A DNA stretch of 60,377 nt, filler included, from Sphacelaria rigidula (lineage: Eukaryota), in the NCBI GenBank assembly GCA_964200075.2. It is 8 parts of 8 records of this genome, joined end to end, with 100 filler letters (N's around TTAATTAATTAA, not from the genome) between each part and the next. Parts side by side here need not be neighbours in the genome. Positions count along the whole stretch, not along the records: positions 1 to 7,460 come from CAXNAA020014823.1; positions 7,561 to 15,020 come from CAXNAA020014824.1; 6 more parts are not named here. One strand, written 5' to 3'. The stretch's first letter is position 1. Each line of letters opens with the position of its first letter. The notes below the pieces were generated by a model, which ran no database searches, was not told the DNA's origin, and worked only from the letters and a program-made list of their open reading frames with translations. The position numbers and the translations under genes are program-made. Positions 1 through 11,370 of the stretch are shown piece by piece.

Positions 1-1686
1 AACACAATCCCGGGGAGCGGTTGATTCTCATTTCAAAATACGTTCTCATTTTTCTAGCAACCCTGTTTATTGTTTGAATTGTGGCTTTTGGTTGATTGGA
101 GAAAAGAATTGGACACATTGAGAAAACATTGAAATTCGTAATGGAACATGCTTCCCTTTTTCGGGGGCGTTGATTATTTTGTGAGGATATATACATATAT
201 GATGTGTGTATATATATATATATATGGGATCGATATTGTCTCGTCAATATTTCGAAAAACCTTTATTGAAAAAGGTTTTACTCCAAGGGAGAAGTATGAG
301 GTATAGGCTTCGAGCAGGGAGGCTGATCGAATTTGCCCGCACCAATTGCACCGAAGGGTTATCTCCTGGAGTCAGGGGATTATTCCTCGGATAGGGACAG
401 GGTAAAATCGACGGAATGGAGGTGCTGTTGAAGCGGTGATCTATTCCGCAGTCAATTGGGTGACGAGGACTAATGACGTTTGACGGTTTTTGTTTCGGGC
501 ACCATGGAACTTCTTCCGACGAGGCGACCTGGAGTTTTGGTCGAATATCCATGGTTGATATTTCTGAACAAACTAAGAATATCCCTAACCCTAACCCTAA
601 CCCCGACCCAAGGCGTACGAGATCCTCGGACAAGGGGGGTACATATGTTCCCCTACGCATAGTGTGCGTTGGCAGACCTGAAATCGACGCCGCAGGCGCC
701 GATTTCGACGAAAACACGTTCTGGACGAGGTAGATCTACTGCTCACCTGCCCCATACCATACATTTTCTCAAAAATTTCTCAAGTCGAAAATCACGTAGT
801 GATGTTGTCAACCATAGATATACGACCAAGGCTCTAGGTCTACTGCATCGAACACTGAGGAAATAGGATGAGGGCGTGTCTTGGCACCTTGTTTTTCAGT
901 ACAAAGAATGGGGCGGTGGAATCGATCTGAGCGAAATTCCCTCGTTCCGATGCAGTTGGGGGCAAATGGATTTTCAAGCTTTCGATCAAAAGAAGACGGT
1001 GAAACTCGTGAAATGGTACATGGTCACTCGTATACAACATAAGTACCGACAGCCTGTAAGGTCTGCACTGCTTGCAAGCAGTGTCTTGAGTGCGTGTGTG
1101 CGTGTTTGGTACAGGAGAATATAGAAGAGAAGCGGGCAACGTGCAGTGCAGACAGCACAGGACTATCAGTTCTCCCTGCTTACAATAGGACGTGAAGAGG
1201 ACTTGAGCAACGTGCAGCTTTGTACTGCCTGCACTGTCCATGAGCGTGCACGCAACTCGGTGGCCTACCGTACCACGCAGTTCCGTCGCTGATCCCTACC
1301 ATGAGAGAAGATGCGCAAGTTTTCGCCTACAAATCTAAACGAAGCACACCCAAGTACTGCAGTGTATTTATCCCTGACTCAACTCGTGCTCTATGCTGCA
1401 GGGTTGCGGTGGTAGCTGAGAATGAGTTGGATGGAACTTGCATGGTCCTGCGGACAAGTGTTACGCGGCGATGTGGTCTGTAAGATAGGAGTCAAGTGCC
1501 GATTCGTGCCTTTCGACCGCATGCTTTCGATCGAAAACGATTGTTTTTTACCTCGACCTATTCTTTTCCGCGCGGCGCTAATTATAATTTTGAGTTGAAG
1601 CCTTCTGGGAACATAGATGCGGTCGGCCTATCAGATCGGCGAAAAACCATCGACCGCACTTTTTCGATCGAAACAAAGGGTGCTAA

Positions 1687-1887
1687 GGGCCTGTCTTAGC
1701 ATGTAAGCGTTCGATCGAAATCGTGCGGTGGAAAGCAAAAATCCCGATCTGATAGGTCGTAATTTCAACCATCGTCATTAATTATGAAGATGGCTGAAAT
1801 CACGACTTATCAGATCGGGACTTTTGTTTCCCACCGCACAATGTCGATCGAAATCTGATGAGCTCAGATAGACCCGAAGACACGCCC
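1687..1887. mobile_element. PIF/Harbinger (Tourist-like) palindromic MITE
   Basis: Termini GGGCCTGTCTT...AAGACACGCCC, flanked by TAA/TGA. The interior is a fold-back (GATCTGATAGGTCGTAATTTCAACCATC / GATGGCTGAAATCACGACTTATCAGATC). Same family as 51026-51208, with fragments near 870-990 and 52290-52610. Confidence 0.7.
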
Positions 1888-1972
1888 TGAACGTCACTCG
1901 AGTGATTTTTCCCAAATGGGGCATGTGTGGAGTTTTCGTGGATGTTTCTTTGGAGGCGACCGGTGTTTAGTC

Positions 1973-2230
1973 TGTAGCCAAATGATACCAAGCCGTAGGT
2001 TTCAGTAAAACCGCATGCATGATTGGAGCAGGGGCAGGGGACAGAGGATCCTGGATTGATGACCCTTACCTGTGTGGCCCCTTGCTGTCTGGCTCGTGAT
2101 GTGGTCTGTTGAGGATCACTCCGTGATAATGACAAGTGAGAACAGAGGACTTGTCGAGCACGAGGCCAGTGATAGTGGAGGAGTCTCTCGTTAAACGTCC
2201 TCTTGTCCAGATCGCCTGGCAGAGGCTATA
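1973..2230 (+). repeat. 5' LTR (258 bp, lacks the MITE insertion)
   Basis: Aligns end to end with 6171-6631 and 6856-7306 apart from their ~200-bp insert. Followed by (AT)n. Confidence 0.88.
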
Positions 2231-2437
2231 ATATATATATATATATGTATATATATATTCTTTTCGGCACGCTGTTGGAAGAGTTTGGCTGGGGAGAGGG
2301 GCCGCAGCTGGAAGTCAGCTTGGCCTGCAGTCGAAGAGATCAACTTGAAGCCAACTTGAAGCGCACAGCAGTGGAGGACGCACCGTAGGCTGGAGGACGC
2401 ACGAGAGGCTCTCGTGAAGTGGTGAGTTCTAGACGAC

Positions 2438-3213
2438 ATGGCTCAAGCGGCTGCAGCGTCGCTGGTGTTAGGTGGGCCACTAGAGCCGCCAAAGTATGAC
2501 GAAGGGTGGACTGGAGAAGCGTCAATAGTTGTTTTTGCCGCATATCTCGATTATTTAAAGGTTGCATTTAGCCAACGCTCACGGAGTCATAAGGCATGCC
2601 AGGGTGAGAATCGGACAACTTATTCCAACATATATTCACCGGTGCTTTGAAGGCATGTACAAGGCCCTTCGGGCTACAACCCCCGACGAAATGCTAGATG
2701 CTGTAAAGCAGCATGCCGGGTACACCACAACAGGCGGTGAGCATGACACTGCGCGGGCTGCAGCAGACGCGCATGTAGTACTTCCGATTCAGCCAAGTGT
2801 TGGACCATGCGTCAAGAGTAGAACAATGATGATCAAGTCGTCGATGGAAACGTTTTCGCTGAAAATCTGACGGTGCAAGCCATGTATCGTGCAGAGGACA
2901 GGAGCCGGTTGCCAGGCCCGGCCAAGTCGGTTTCAACAGCTCTAGTAGAGGCGGGATTTCGCCTCCGGAATTCAAGACGTATGTTAGAAGTGTACTAACG
3001 TATTTCGACGACGGAAAAAGAATCCGACGGTGGTGTTCAAACAAATGTATGAGGCCGCCGACCAGTGAAAGTTTATTGAAGCACATGGCCGGCCCGATTC
3101 TGCAACAAGTGCAGATGGGATGCGCCGCAAACAGCAAAAGCAACAGAAACAGCGTCGTCCACTCGCGCGTGTTATAGCTCCGGCGACACCGGACATATGA
3201 TCAAGGACTGCCC
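2438..3213 (+). pseudogene. gag: gag remnant of the Gypsy element
   Basis: Broken ORFs downstream of the LTR end in a degenerate CCHC zinc knuckle, CYSSGDTGHMIKDCP (~3169-3213). Confidence 0.72.
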
Positions 3214-3432
3214 CGAGCCTCGCGCTCAAGGCGCTGCTCAAGGAAATGTGTGAGATTCATCAGGATCTCGAGGCGGTCGTCACGATGGACGGGGACGTGC
3301 CAATCAGGGACGCGGGCGCGGCGACCGCGGTAGCAAGCAATCGGCGGCGGATGGTGGTCCCTCCGCTGCTTTTTCTTCCACTACGTCATCAGGTGGTGAC
3401 TCTGGATCTTCTGGTTCGCCCGTAGCGGGGCT

Positions 3433-6092
3433 GTGGAGTCGCAGCCCATTACTTTCGCTGTCATGCCCGGTAGGGACAACGTGGTTCTATTTGAAATGGC
3501 GACGATGAAGGAGCTCGGGATTGATTTGTACCCGCTGACGTTGGAAGAGTTACGCCCGCGTGCTGTACCGGTGCAAACCGGCGTGGAAAACCCCAGCTGT
3601 CTTGCTGCAAGGCGTGTGGTCGTATCAATACGGTCGTTCCATAGCGCTAATGAGGAGGAGGCTCCCGCTGATGAAGCGGGGGAGCGCTTGGTCGATCGGA
3701 GGCCCGACATGTTCATGGACTCAGCGGAGGAGAGAGGTGCCGAAGAAAGTGTGCTTGGGGATAGCGTGGAGGAGGCCGAGCAGAAAGGCCCGAGCGCCGA
3801 TGTCGCGCATCGTCTGCGCGATAATTTGGCTCGTCGCGTCGATACATTTTGTCGTGCGCTGTGTGATGATCCGCCAGCGCGCGTGGAGCCCATGAGGGAA
3901 GCTGTGAAGGCCAAGCCGCGCCGCTACGATCCGGTGAAGACCGTGTAGCATGCCTCATGCATCGCAGCTTCGTTGGCGTTTGATTTAGTTGTTAGCAACA
4001 CCCACGCTGTGTGGGCGAGTCCGGCGATGACTGTGTCGAAGAGGGACACATTCCGTTTGGTCAGCGACTACCAGGCGGAGAACGCGCAAGTGGAAAAGTC
4101 TCCGGAGGTGATACCAAGCCAAGAAGACATGTGGGAGTTGCTGGGAGCCCGGTGCTTCGGCAAGTTGGACCTGCTACAGGGGTATTGGCAGATGCCCCTG
4201 GCGCTGGAGGCTCAGGAGATCTTCACGATCGTCACGCCTGACGATTTCTTTACGCCAGGTGAAGCTTGCTTGGTGACGGTTCCTAGCGTGCCTGCTCGTT
4301 CTGTTGCCGTGTGCAGCCCGTGTGATGCCGATGATTCGCTGCCCTCGTTGGACGTTATTCGCACCGCGCAGCGCAAAACAGTCGGCGAACGTGTTCATTC
4401 GTTTCCTACGACCTTTGGTCAAGCTACTTTGGCTGAAGATGATTTGTTTTGCGTGCGTGTTGGCAGTAGTGATGTTTTGTGGATTCCGTCGGATGATAAG
4501 GCTCTACAAACTCGCTTGATGGTCTGCGCTCAAACGCGGTCGGTTGGTCACCGTGTGGCGCCAACTCTGTTTCGTTTGAAAGAATACTGTGTGTGGCCTA
4601 ACACAGACTCCCACGTTCGCAAGTTCGGTTGCCAGTCTTTGCATTGCGTAGACACACGTGCTGGGGCGATTGTACCTCGCCCGTATGGCCATACTGTGCA
4701 TGGTACTGCGCCAGGTGCAGTTTTTCACTTTTATTTTCTGTACGTCGGAAGTAGCGGACCTGAAGGTGCTAATGGTTGGCCTATTGAGAATGCGTTTCGC
4801 TACGTTTGGTTATGATGGATGGTCTGTCCAATTCCGTTTGCTTGAAGCCGACCGAGGCTTGCGCCGCTGAGGTTGCGGCTAAGCGCTTGCTCCATTAGTG
4901 CAAGACTTTGGGGGTGCCGCGTGTGTGGGTAAGTGATACCGCCACGCGCTTCAAGAATCGAGTGATCGCGCAGCTGAGCGACGCGCTCAAGGTGCAACAC
5001 CAATTTTCTGTTGCGTATACCCCTTGGTCAAATGGTGCTTGTGAACGCATGGTGAAATAGGTTACTCATGCGTTGCGATCTATTTTGTCGGAACAAAGAC
5101 GGCCGGTGTCTGAATGGATCGATGTTTTGCCAGCCGCTCCGTGGGCGTTGAATACTTCTTCTCGTGAACGCTACTGTAACACTCCGTATTGTGTGATGTT
5201 TGGGCGTACGCCGCGTACAGCGTTTTCCGCGCTAGCTTCTGTCACCGGCGGAGAGTGGAACGTCGATGCCATGGATGCTGTTTCGTCGCGTGACAAGGCT
5301 CGAGGCGTGGTTGACAAGCAAGTGCGGTTTTGTAACAAAGTGCAAGCTGCGGTCGCGGTGTCTCGAGAAACCAAACGCAAGCTTGCTCAGGATCAGACTG
5401 TGTTGCCCGAGTTTGCAGTTGGCGATTTTGTATTGTATGCCCGTGTTTGAAGGCAAGATGTGACGCCAAAGTTGATGTCCACGTGGACAGATCCGTGGCG
5501 AGTGGTCGGAGCCGATCACGCTCACGTGTAATCGGTGAAGAACAGTTTTTGTGGCGCCGTACACTCGGTCCATGTCGCTCGTTTACGTTTCTATGCTGAC
5601 TCGCAGTTGCACATCACTGCAAAACTAAATGATGTATTTCAACATTTGTGTACTCAAGGTGAATGTCGGATGTGTAATACGTGAGAGGACCGCGTGCTCA
5701 GAGGACCGCATCGGCATTTGAACATCCCCATAGTTAGGGTTAGGGTTTGGGTTAGTGGTAGGGTTAGGGTTAGGGGCGTGCAGGGACTGGCCCGATTGGT
5801 TTCGAATAACGTCGATCCTGAGGTGTTTTGAACTACGGCGCGATCGTCTTAAGCACGCGGTTCTCTCACGCATTACAGGATGAACGCTTCGGTGCACGTC
5901 GCTGAGGATGACAATATTTATTTCATTGTTTTGGTCGGTTGGGGAGGGTTAGGTGCTGAAGAACGTACGTGGGAGTCTCTTCGCAAGATTCATTCTTCTG
6001 TGCCTGAATTGTTTTTGAAGGAACTGCGTAAAATGCGGTTGACTCGGGCGCTGACCAGTAAATTAGCGTCGGTGTATGGTATTTCTTTGTGA
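3433..6092 (+). pseudogene. pol: pol remnant: partial RT, integrase and C-terminal chromodomain
   Basis: RT motif FGKLDLLQGYWQMPL..EIFTIVTP, then a deletion near 4258 (no YxDD, no RNase H). Integrase Zn-finger region GHRVAPTLFRLKEYCVWP. Core WVSDTATRFKN and YTPWSNGACERM. GPY/F-like KLMSTWTDPWRVV. Chromodomain-like YFIVLVGWGGLGAEERTWESL. Confidence 0.9.
5673..5877 (+). mobile_element. Telomere-repeat-bearing TGTAA...TTACA MITE, copy 1 (inside the integrase-chromodomain linker)
   Basis: ~27-bp TIRs and a 5-bp TSD, GGATG/GGATG. Removing it restores the frame ...QGECRM|NASVHV... Internal GGGTTA repeats. Confidence 0.9.
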
Positions 6093-6170
6093 CCTGGCGC
6101 ATGCGATTTCGCCTTGGTTTCTGTTGGTTGTCAAGCTCGTTCGTTTGTCTTGAACTCGCTTTGGGGGTGC

Positions 6171-6631
6171 TGTAGCTAAATGATACCAAGCCGTAGGTTT
6201 TAGTGTACTCGCATGCATGACTAGAGCAGTGGCAGGAGAGAGGGGATCCTGGATTGATGGCCCTTATCTGTGTTGTCCCCTTCCTGTCTAGCTCGTGATG
6301 TGGTCTATTGAGGATCACTCCGTTGTAATGCGTGACAGGACCGCGTGCTTTGAGGGCCGCATCTGAATTTGAACTGGTTGGGGTTAGGGTTAGTGTTGGG
6401 GTTAGGGTCAGGGGCGTGGTTCCCGCAGGGACTGGCCCGATTGGTTTCGAAAAACGTCGATCCTGGGGTGTTTCGGACTACGCCGCGGTCCTCTAAGCAC
6501 GCGGTCCTTTCACGCGTTACACTGTGATAATAACAAGTGAGAAGAAAGGACTTATCGAGCACAAGGCCAGTGCTATTGGAGGAGTCCCTCGTTGGTAGTC
6601 CACTTGTCCAGAACGTCTGGCAGAGGCTATA
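6171..6631 (+). repeat. 3' LTR copy 2 (with MITE)
   Basis: Follows the PPT-like tract and matches LTR 1973-2230 plus an insert at 6324-6521. Confidence 0.9.
6324..6521 (+). mobile_element. Telomere-repeat-bearing MITE, copy 2
   Basis: TIR TGTAATGCGTGACAGGACCGCGTGCTT / AAGCACGCGGTCCTTTCACGCGTTACA. TSD CCGT/CTGT. The empty site is visible in the 5' LTR (CACTCCGTGATAA). Confidence 0.92.
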
Positions 6632-6855
6632 GTGCTAAGAACGTACGTGGGAGTCTCTTCGCGAGATTCATTCTTTTGTGCCTGAATTTGGTTTGAAGGA
6701 ACTGCTTAAAATGCGGTCGACTTGGGCGCTGACCAGTAAATTAGCGTCGGAGTATGGTATTTCTTAGTGACCTGGCGCATGCGATTTCGCCTTGGTTTTT
6801 GTTGGTTGTTGGTTGTCACGCTCGTTCGTTTGTCTTGAACTCGCTTTGGGGGTGC

Positions 6856-7306
6856 TGTAGCTAAATGATACCAAGCCGTAGGTTTCAGTATACTCGCATG
6901 CATGATTGGAGCAGTGGCAGCTTATCTGTGTGGCCGCTTGCTGTATGGCACGTGATGTGGTCTGTTGAGGATCACTCTGTTGTAATGCGTGACAGGACCG
7001 CGTGCTTTGAGGGCCGCATCTGAATTTGAACTGGTTGGGGTTAGGGTTAGGGTTAGGGTTAGTTTTAGTGTTGGGGTTAGGGTCAGGGGCGCGGTACCTG
7101 CAGGGACTGGCCCAATTGGTGTAAAACGATGTCGATCCTGGGGTGTTTCGGACTACGCCGCGGTCCCCTAAGCACGCGGTCCTCTCACGCATTACACTGT
7201 GATAATAACAAGTGAGAAGAAAGGACTTATCGAGCACAAGGCCAGTGCTATTGGAGGAGTCCCTCGTTGGTAGTCCACTTGTCCAGATCGTCTGACAGAG
7301 GCTATA
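6856..7306 (+). repeat. LTR copy 3 (tandem reiteration, with MITE)
   Basis: Preceded by a duplicated chromodomain tail plus PPT (6632-6855). Matches 6171-6631 except for a ~27-bp deletion and small indels. Confidence 0.9.
6981..7196 (+). mobile_element. Telomere-repeat-bearing MITE, copy 3
   Basis: Same TIRs, TSD CTGT/CTGT, and a longer (GGGTTA)n tract than copy 2. Confidence 0.92.
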
Positions 7307-7460
7307 GTGCTGAAGAACGTGCGTGGGAGTCTCTTCGCGAGATTCATTTTTTTGTGCCTGAATTTGTTTTCAAGGAACTGCTTAAAATGCGGTCTGTAGC
7401 CAAAATACACCAAGGCGTAGTAGATGTAGCATGTAGGATCCTGGATGATGACCAGGGGAC

Positions 7461-7560
7461 NNNNNNNNNNNNNNNNNNNNNNNNNNNNNNNNNNNNNNNN
7501 NNNNTTAATTAATTAANNNNNNNNNNNNNNNNNNNNNNNNNNNNNNNNNNNNNNNNNNNN
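7461..7560. other. Artificial scaffold linker (N44-TTAATTAATTAA-N44); identical linkers at 15021-15120, 22581-22680, 30141-30240, 37701-37800, 45260-45359 and 52819-52918
   Basis: The same 100-bp spacer, with stops in all six frames, recurs every ~7,560 bp. The segments between are 7460 bp (x5) and 7459 bp (x3), as expected for size-sorted scaffolds. Confidence 0.98.
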
Positions 7561-9074
7561 CTTATAATACTAAAACCAAGTAATTTCCTGACGAATCATT
7601 ATTTGTCATAACCGTGAAAAAATGTGAGAAGGTCTGAAATTCGGCAGTCTCCTAGGCTCATGATCATCTAGATCTACCGTTGTGTTGCTGTTGGATATCT
7701 CGTTACAGATGGTGGTAATCTCGTCGTTTGCTTGCCTTCGCCGGCAAAATAGAAAGACAAGGTCATACTACCTACCCGTGTATGGCGTTCATAACTGCGG
7801 TAAACATCTTCTCAGAACCTCTCCGTGACACGGGGGGGGCAGTCGGACAGGCTAGGGCGTGATCGACCGGCTCCCTCGGGATGCTGCAGCAGTCCACATG
7901 AGCAAAAATACTGACTGTAGAAAGCCCCGTGTATAGATCGCAGCATGCTTGCTTTCTGTGAGTTGTATGATGAGCAGATACACCCAATTAAACCACCAGC
8001 TATACACTTTTCACACGGTGCGGTAGCGTACATTTGTAGCGGCACTGTAGACAAGTAGGTAGCTACTGGATTGTTTCTGCTCTTCACTTCGGAAGTGCGT
8101 GTCTGCAAACGACAACCCCCGTGCTTGACCACAACAGCTCCAACACCGCTGCTGGGGCGCACACCGTCCGTCTAAGGAGATACATACCGCCAACCCGCGG
8201 TGCCTTTTACTCTACGACATAGCCTAGGGTGTCACTAGCAAGGTTCCTGATGGTTTTCTCATGCTGGCGAGCGCCGCGGCATGCGCCAAGGGCAGCTCTC
8301 CGGAGTATTGCGCTGCGGTTCGAAATATTCGGCGTTCGCCAAACGTGAAGGCTTGGCGAAAAATCTAGCCGCTTCATTTTCGGAGAACGCCAAGCGCCAG
8401 GTGCAAAAACGCCTAAAATCTTGGCGATCTCCGAAAAAATTGTGTCGATAACAGCAGTCCTTGGTAGGAATTGAGTCTCAGATTTTCGAAAAAATTGAAG
8501 GAGAAATTTGGCGTAAGAAATTAAGCCCAAAAGATGGGACATAAGAAATGGAGCGGCAGGAAATCGATCAATATCATCGTGCAATGAAAGTTCGTATGTA
8601 TGAAGAGTAACTGGCGTAAGACATGAAGCAAATGCTGGGCTAGGAGCAAGACATGAGCAAAATAAGAAACAGATGCAATTTTCTTGGAAATATATATTAT
8701 GATGAGGAATGGCGGCATGATGAGTGACGCTCATATCGGCTGCCAAAGCAAGGTTTTGAGCCTCGCTCGGAATACCTGTTTCTAATGAGCGGGCCGGCAC
8801 TGTGCGCACATATACATGACACCCTTGACGCGATAATAATAAAACACATGCATTTCCACCCCTCGTACAGCATGGCAGTCGTATACATGCAGTATATATT
8901 TGCATGTGCTACTAAATATGTCTCAAACCCGAGATTCCGGGTAGTACGTCTACTACAGTAATTTGCAATCAAATATACCAGGAACCCTGAGTTTGAGATA
9001 TCTCCTATAACAGAACGACAAGCACCAAAAGAATGAACCCCAGTTATGGGATAAGAGTTTACAACTCGAACAAA

Positions 9075-9756
9075 CAGCGGATTCTCGAAAATGGGGTTGA
9101 AAAAATAATGAGGTTCAACTCAAAAGCCGTGCTTTCCCTGATCTAAATTCATGGCAAATGACTTTCATACGGACGACCTCATCCCTCCGGACCCCGAGTG
9201 ATGCTACGGTAGGGGTACACAAATATTTCCTGAGGTTAGAATTGCTAGGAGCCTTTTATCTCATCCAAAACACGACTCATGAAAGTATGCGAGAGTACGC
9301 CAGGATTACTATTATTACAATGTGCTGGGAATATCACGAATTAATCTGCAAACGGGGATGCCCTGACCCATATTCTTGTGCTTCTAGAATCGTTAGGAGC
9401 CCTTGAACCGGACAATTTTTTGCTCAAGAGGTGCACCCCTACCGTAGCATTGCTCCCCCCCCAAAACTTTTTCGGGGGATGTCTAGCGTTCCGTCCCCCC
9501 AAAGGATATATGTGCAAAATCACACTTTTGCTTCGATTTCGGGGTAAAAAAGGGACGTTTTTAGCCCAACAGTCGTGCTTTTGCACATACCTTTTGGCGG
9601 AACGGAAGGCTAGAAACCCCCCAAAATAGTTTAAGGGAGGTCGGGAAGGATGGGGTCGTCCACATGAAAGTCATTTGTCATGAATTTAGGTCAGGGAAAG
9701 CACGGCTTTTGAATTCAACCTCATCTTTCTTCAACCCCATTTTCGAGAATTCACTG
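9075..9756. mobile_element. Tc1/mariner-type MITE with ~110-bp TIRs
   Basis: Termini CAGCGGATTCTCGAAAATGGGGTTGAA ... TTCAACCCCATTTTCGAGAATTCACTG, followed by TA (AA on the left). Confidence 0.72.
9196..9455. mobile_element. GAG...CTC MITE (Sola-like), nested in the mariner-type MITE
   Basis: TIR GAGTGATGCTACGGTAGGGGTACAC / GTGCACCCCTACCGTAGCATTGCTC with a 4-bp TSD, CCCC. Confidence 0.75.
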
Positions 9757-10607
9757 TAAACACAAGATTCTCCCTAGAGGTTCATATCAAATCGAGGTTC
9801 CCCAAATCTTCTACTTAAAGTTACAGTGAAATATATCAGGAATCTCGAGTTGCGGAAGATACCTCTTCTAACCTAGCCCCGATACACTGCAACTGAGATG
9901 ATCACGCTGCTTAGCCTACTTTTCGGTCCAATAATGTCCGTGATCGCTAGGAAATCCCTTCATCCAGCGACTTTCTTCAACTCTGTGCGCTTACAGCGCG
10001 GAGCGATGAGCGTGTTAGTTTGCCTTGATGTAAACAACGAAATTACGGTACTTTCTCTCGGCGGTGTGGGCGTGCAGAGTCGGTGCATGCTGGTAAAGAA
10101 GGTTCCACGCATTATCAGGCCGACAATATTACCGTCGCCGTGCACCCACAGCGCTGAGAGCAAATGCCATCTTGCTGTGACCGCCGGGGTATCATACTAT
10201 GATGCATGAGTCATTCGGCCCTCCACCCGTTTCTTCAGTGAAAGTGATGCCAGGTCAAAAGATGACCCACCCTGGCGGCCAAGGGTTGATCTAGGCTAAA
10301 TAAGCTTTTGCCCAGCGCTGTGGGCGTAGAGTCTCTGTGTGTGCAAGCCACGATAGATTTCACGCGATCGACGGGGTATTAGGTCGACCAACACGTCAGT
10401 GGGCACAGTTAGTTTTAGGTTAGGGAAAGCGCTGCGTGTGGGGTTAGAGCCAACTCATGTCTGGAGCTTCTTGTGCACGTACGTGTACCCTGTGACCGCC
10501 ATGGTATAAGTCATCACGATAATTTTTGATGCAGGAAAAGATGCCGATTCAACAAATGACCTACCCTGTTTCCAGAAAGCGAACAGTTTACCGATTGAAC
10601 CAGTGAG

Positions 10608-10660
10608 CGCTCACTGGTTCAATGGGTGAACTTAAGATATGCAGTTCGAGTCCCGGGATG
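10608..10660 (+). repeat. tRNA-derived SINE-like head
   Basis: A-box-like TGGTTCAATGG and B-box-like GTTCGAGTCC. No cloverleaf. Confidence 0.35.
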
Positions 10661-11166
10661 ATCGCCTGTGGAAGGAATGAGTCTGACACGTGAACAGTGC
10701 GGCTTGTGAGGGGCAAGGGACCCCGGAGATCACTGATGAGGCATGCCGGGACGGACCACACAGCATATCTTTTGTTCAGGAAGCGAACAGTTGACCCATT
10801 GAACAAACGGTTCGCTTCCTGAACACCCTGCCTGGTGGTCCAAAGGGTTCAAATGTTTTAACTGTTTTCTGTTTATACTACAAAAATCCCGTGTGTAGAG
10901 TGTGGTACAGGAGAGTTTCACCCCTTCACCATGGCAGGCCGAATGCAGGGAAACTTGCCATTAAGAGTAAACGACAAACGCTAAGGTACGTACGTACAGT
11001 AACCAGGTTTCGATACCGGCGTTTACGGAAATATCGTGATGTGGTACGCCACTTGGACCAACTCCTGACCGGTAAAATACCCGACTCGCTCGCCGCTGGT
11101 ACTCCAATATTGAAGTGCGGATGACTCCATCGACGAAACGAGTCGATGTACTGAGATTCACTCCGT

Positions 11167-11370
11167 TGTAATGCGTGGGAAGACCGCGTGCTTGGAGGAC
11201 TGCATCGTAGTTCTAAACACTCCAGGATCGACGTTTTTCAAAGCCAACTGGGTCAGTCCCCACAGGGACCACGCCCCTAAACCTAACCCCATCACTAACC
11301 CTTACCCTAACCATTGGGGTGTCTATACTCCGATGCGATCCCCTAAACACGGGTCCCCCCACGCAATACA
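11167..11370 (-). mobile_element. Telomere-repeat-bearing MITE, copy 4 (opposite orientation, different scaffold)
   Basis: TGTAATGCGTGGGAAGACCGCGTGCTT ... CACGCAATACA with a perfect TSD, CCGT/CCGT. Degenerate (CCCTAA)n inside. Confidence 0.88.

Larger units (their letters stand above)
1973..7306 (+). mobile_element. Degenerate Ty3/Gypsy LTR retrotransposon with chromodomain (chromovirus-like), internally deleted
   Basis: Order is LTR, gag, RT, integrase, chromodomain, G-rich PPT-like tract (TTGGGGGTGC), LTR. LTR copies start TGTAGC(C/T)AAATGATACCAAG and end CAGAGGCTATA. Many stops and frameshifts. Confidence 0.93.

Noticed and set aside
5730-7085. (GGGTTA)n tracts as a true telomere or telomere-healing site
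   Set aside because: The tracts are short, degenerate and always internal to the same TIR-bounded element.
1973-7306. CpG-methylation or RIP-like mutation signature between LTR copies
   Set aside because: C-to-T changes occur (e.g. CCGT to CTGT) but also outside CpG. There are too few sites to judge by eye.
8207-8905. 232-aa minus-strand ORF
   Set aside because: No recognisable motif, and the composition is typical of a chance frame across repeat debris.
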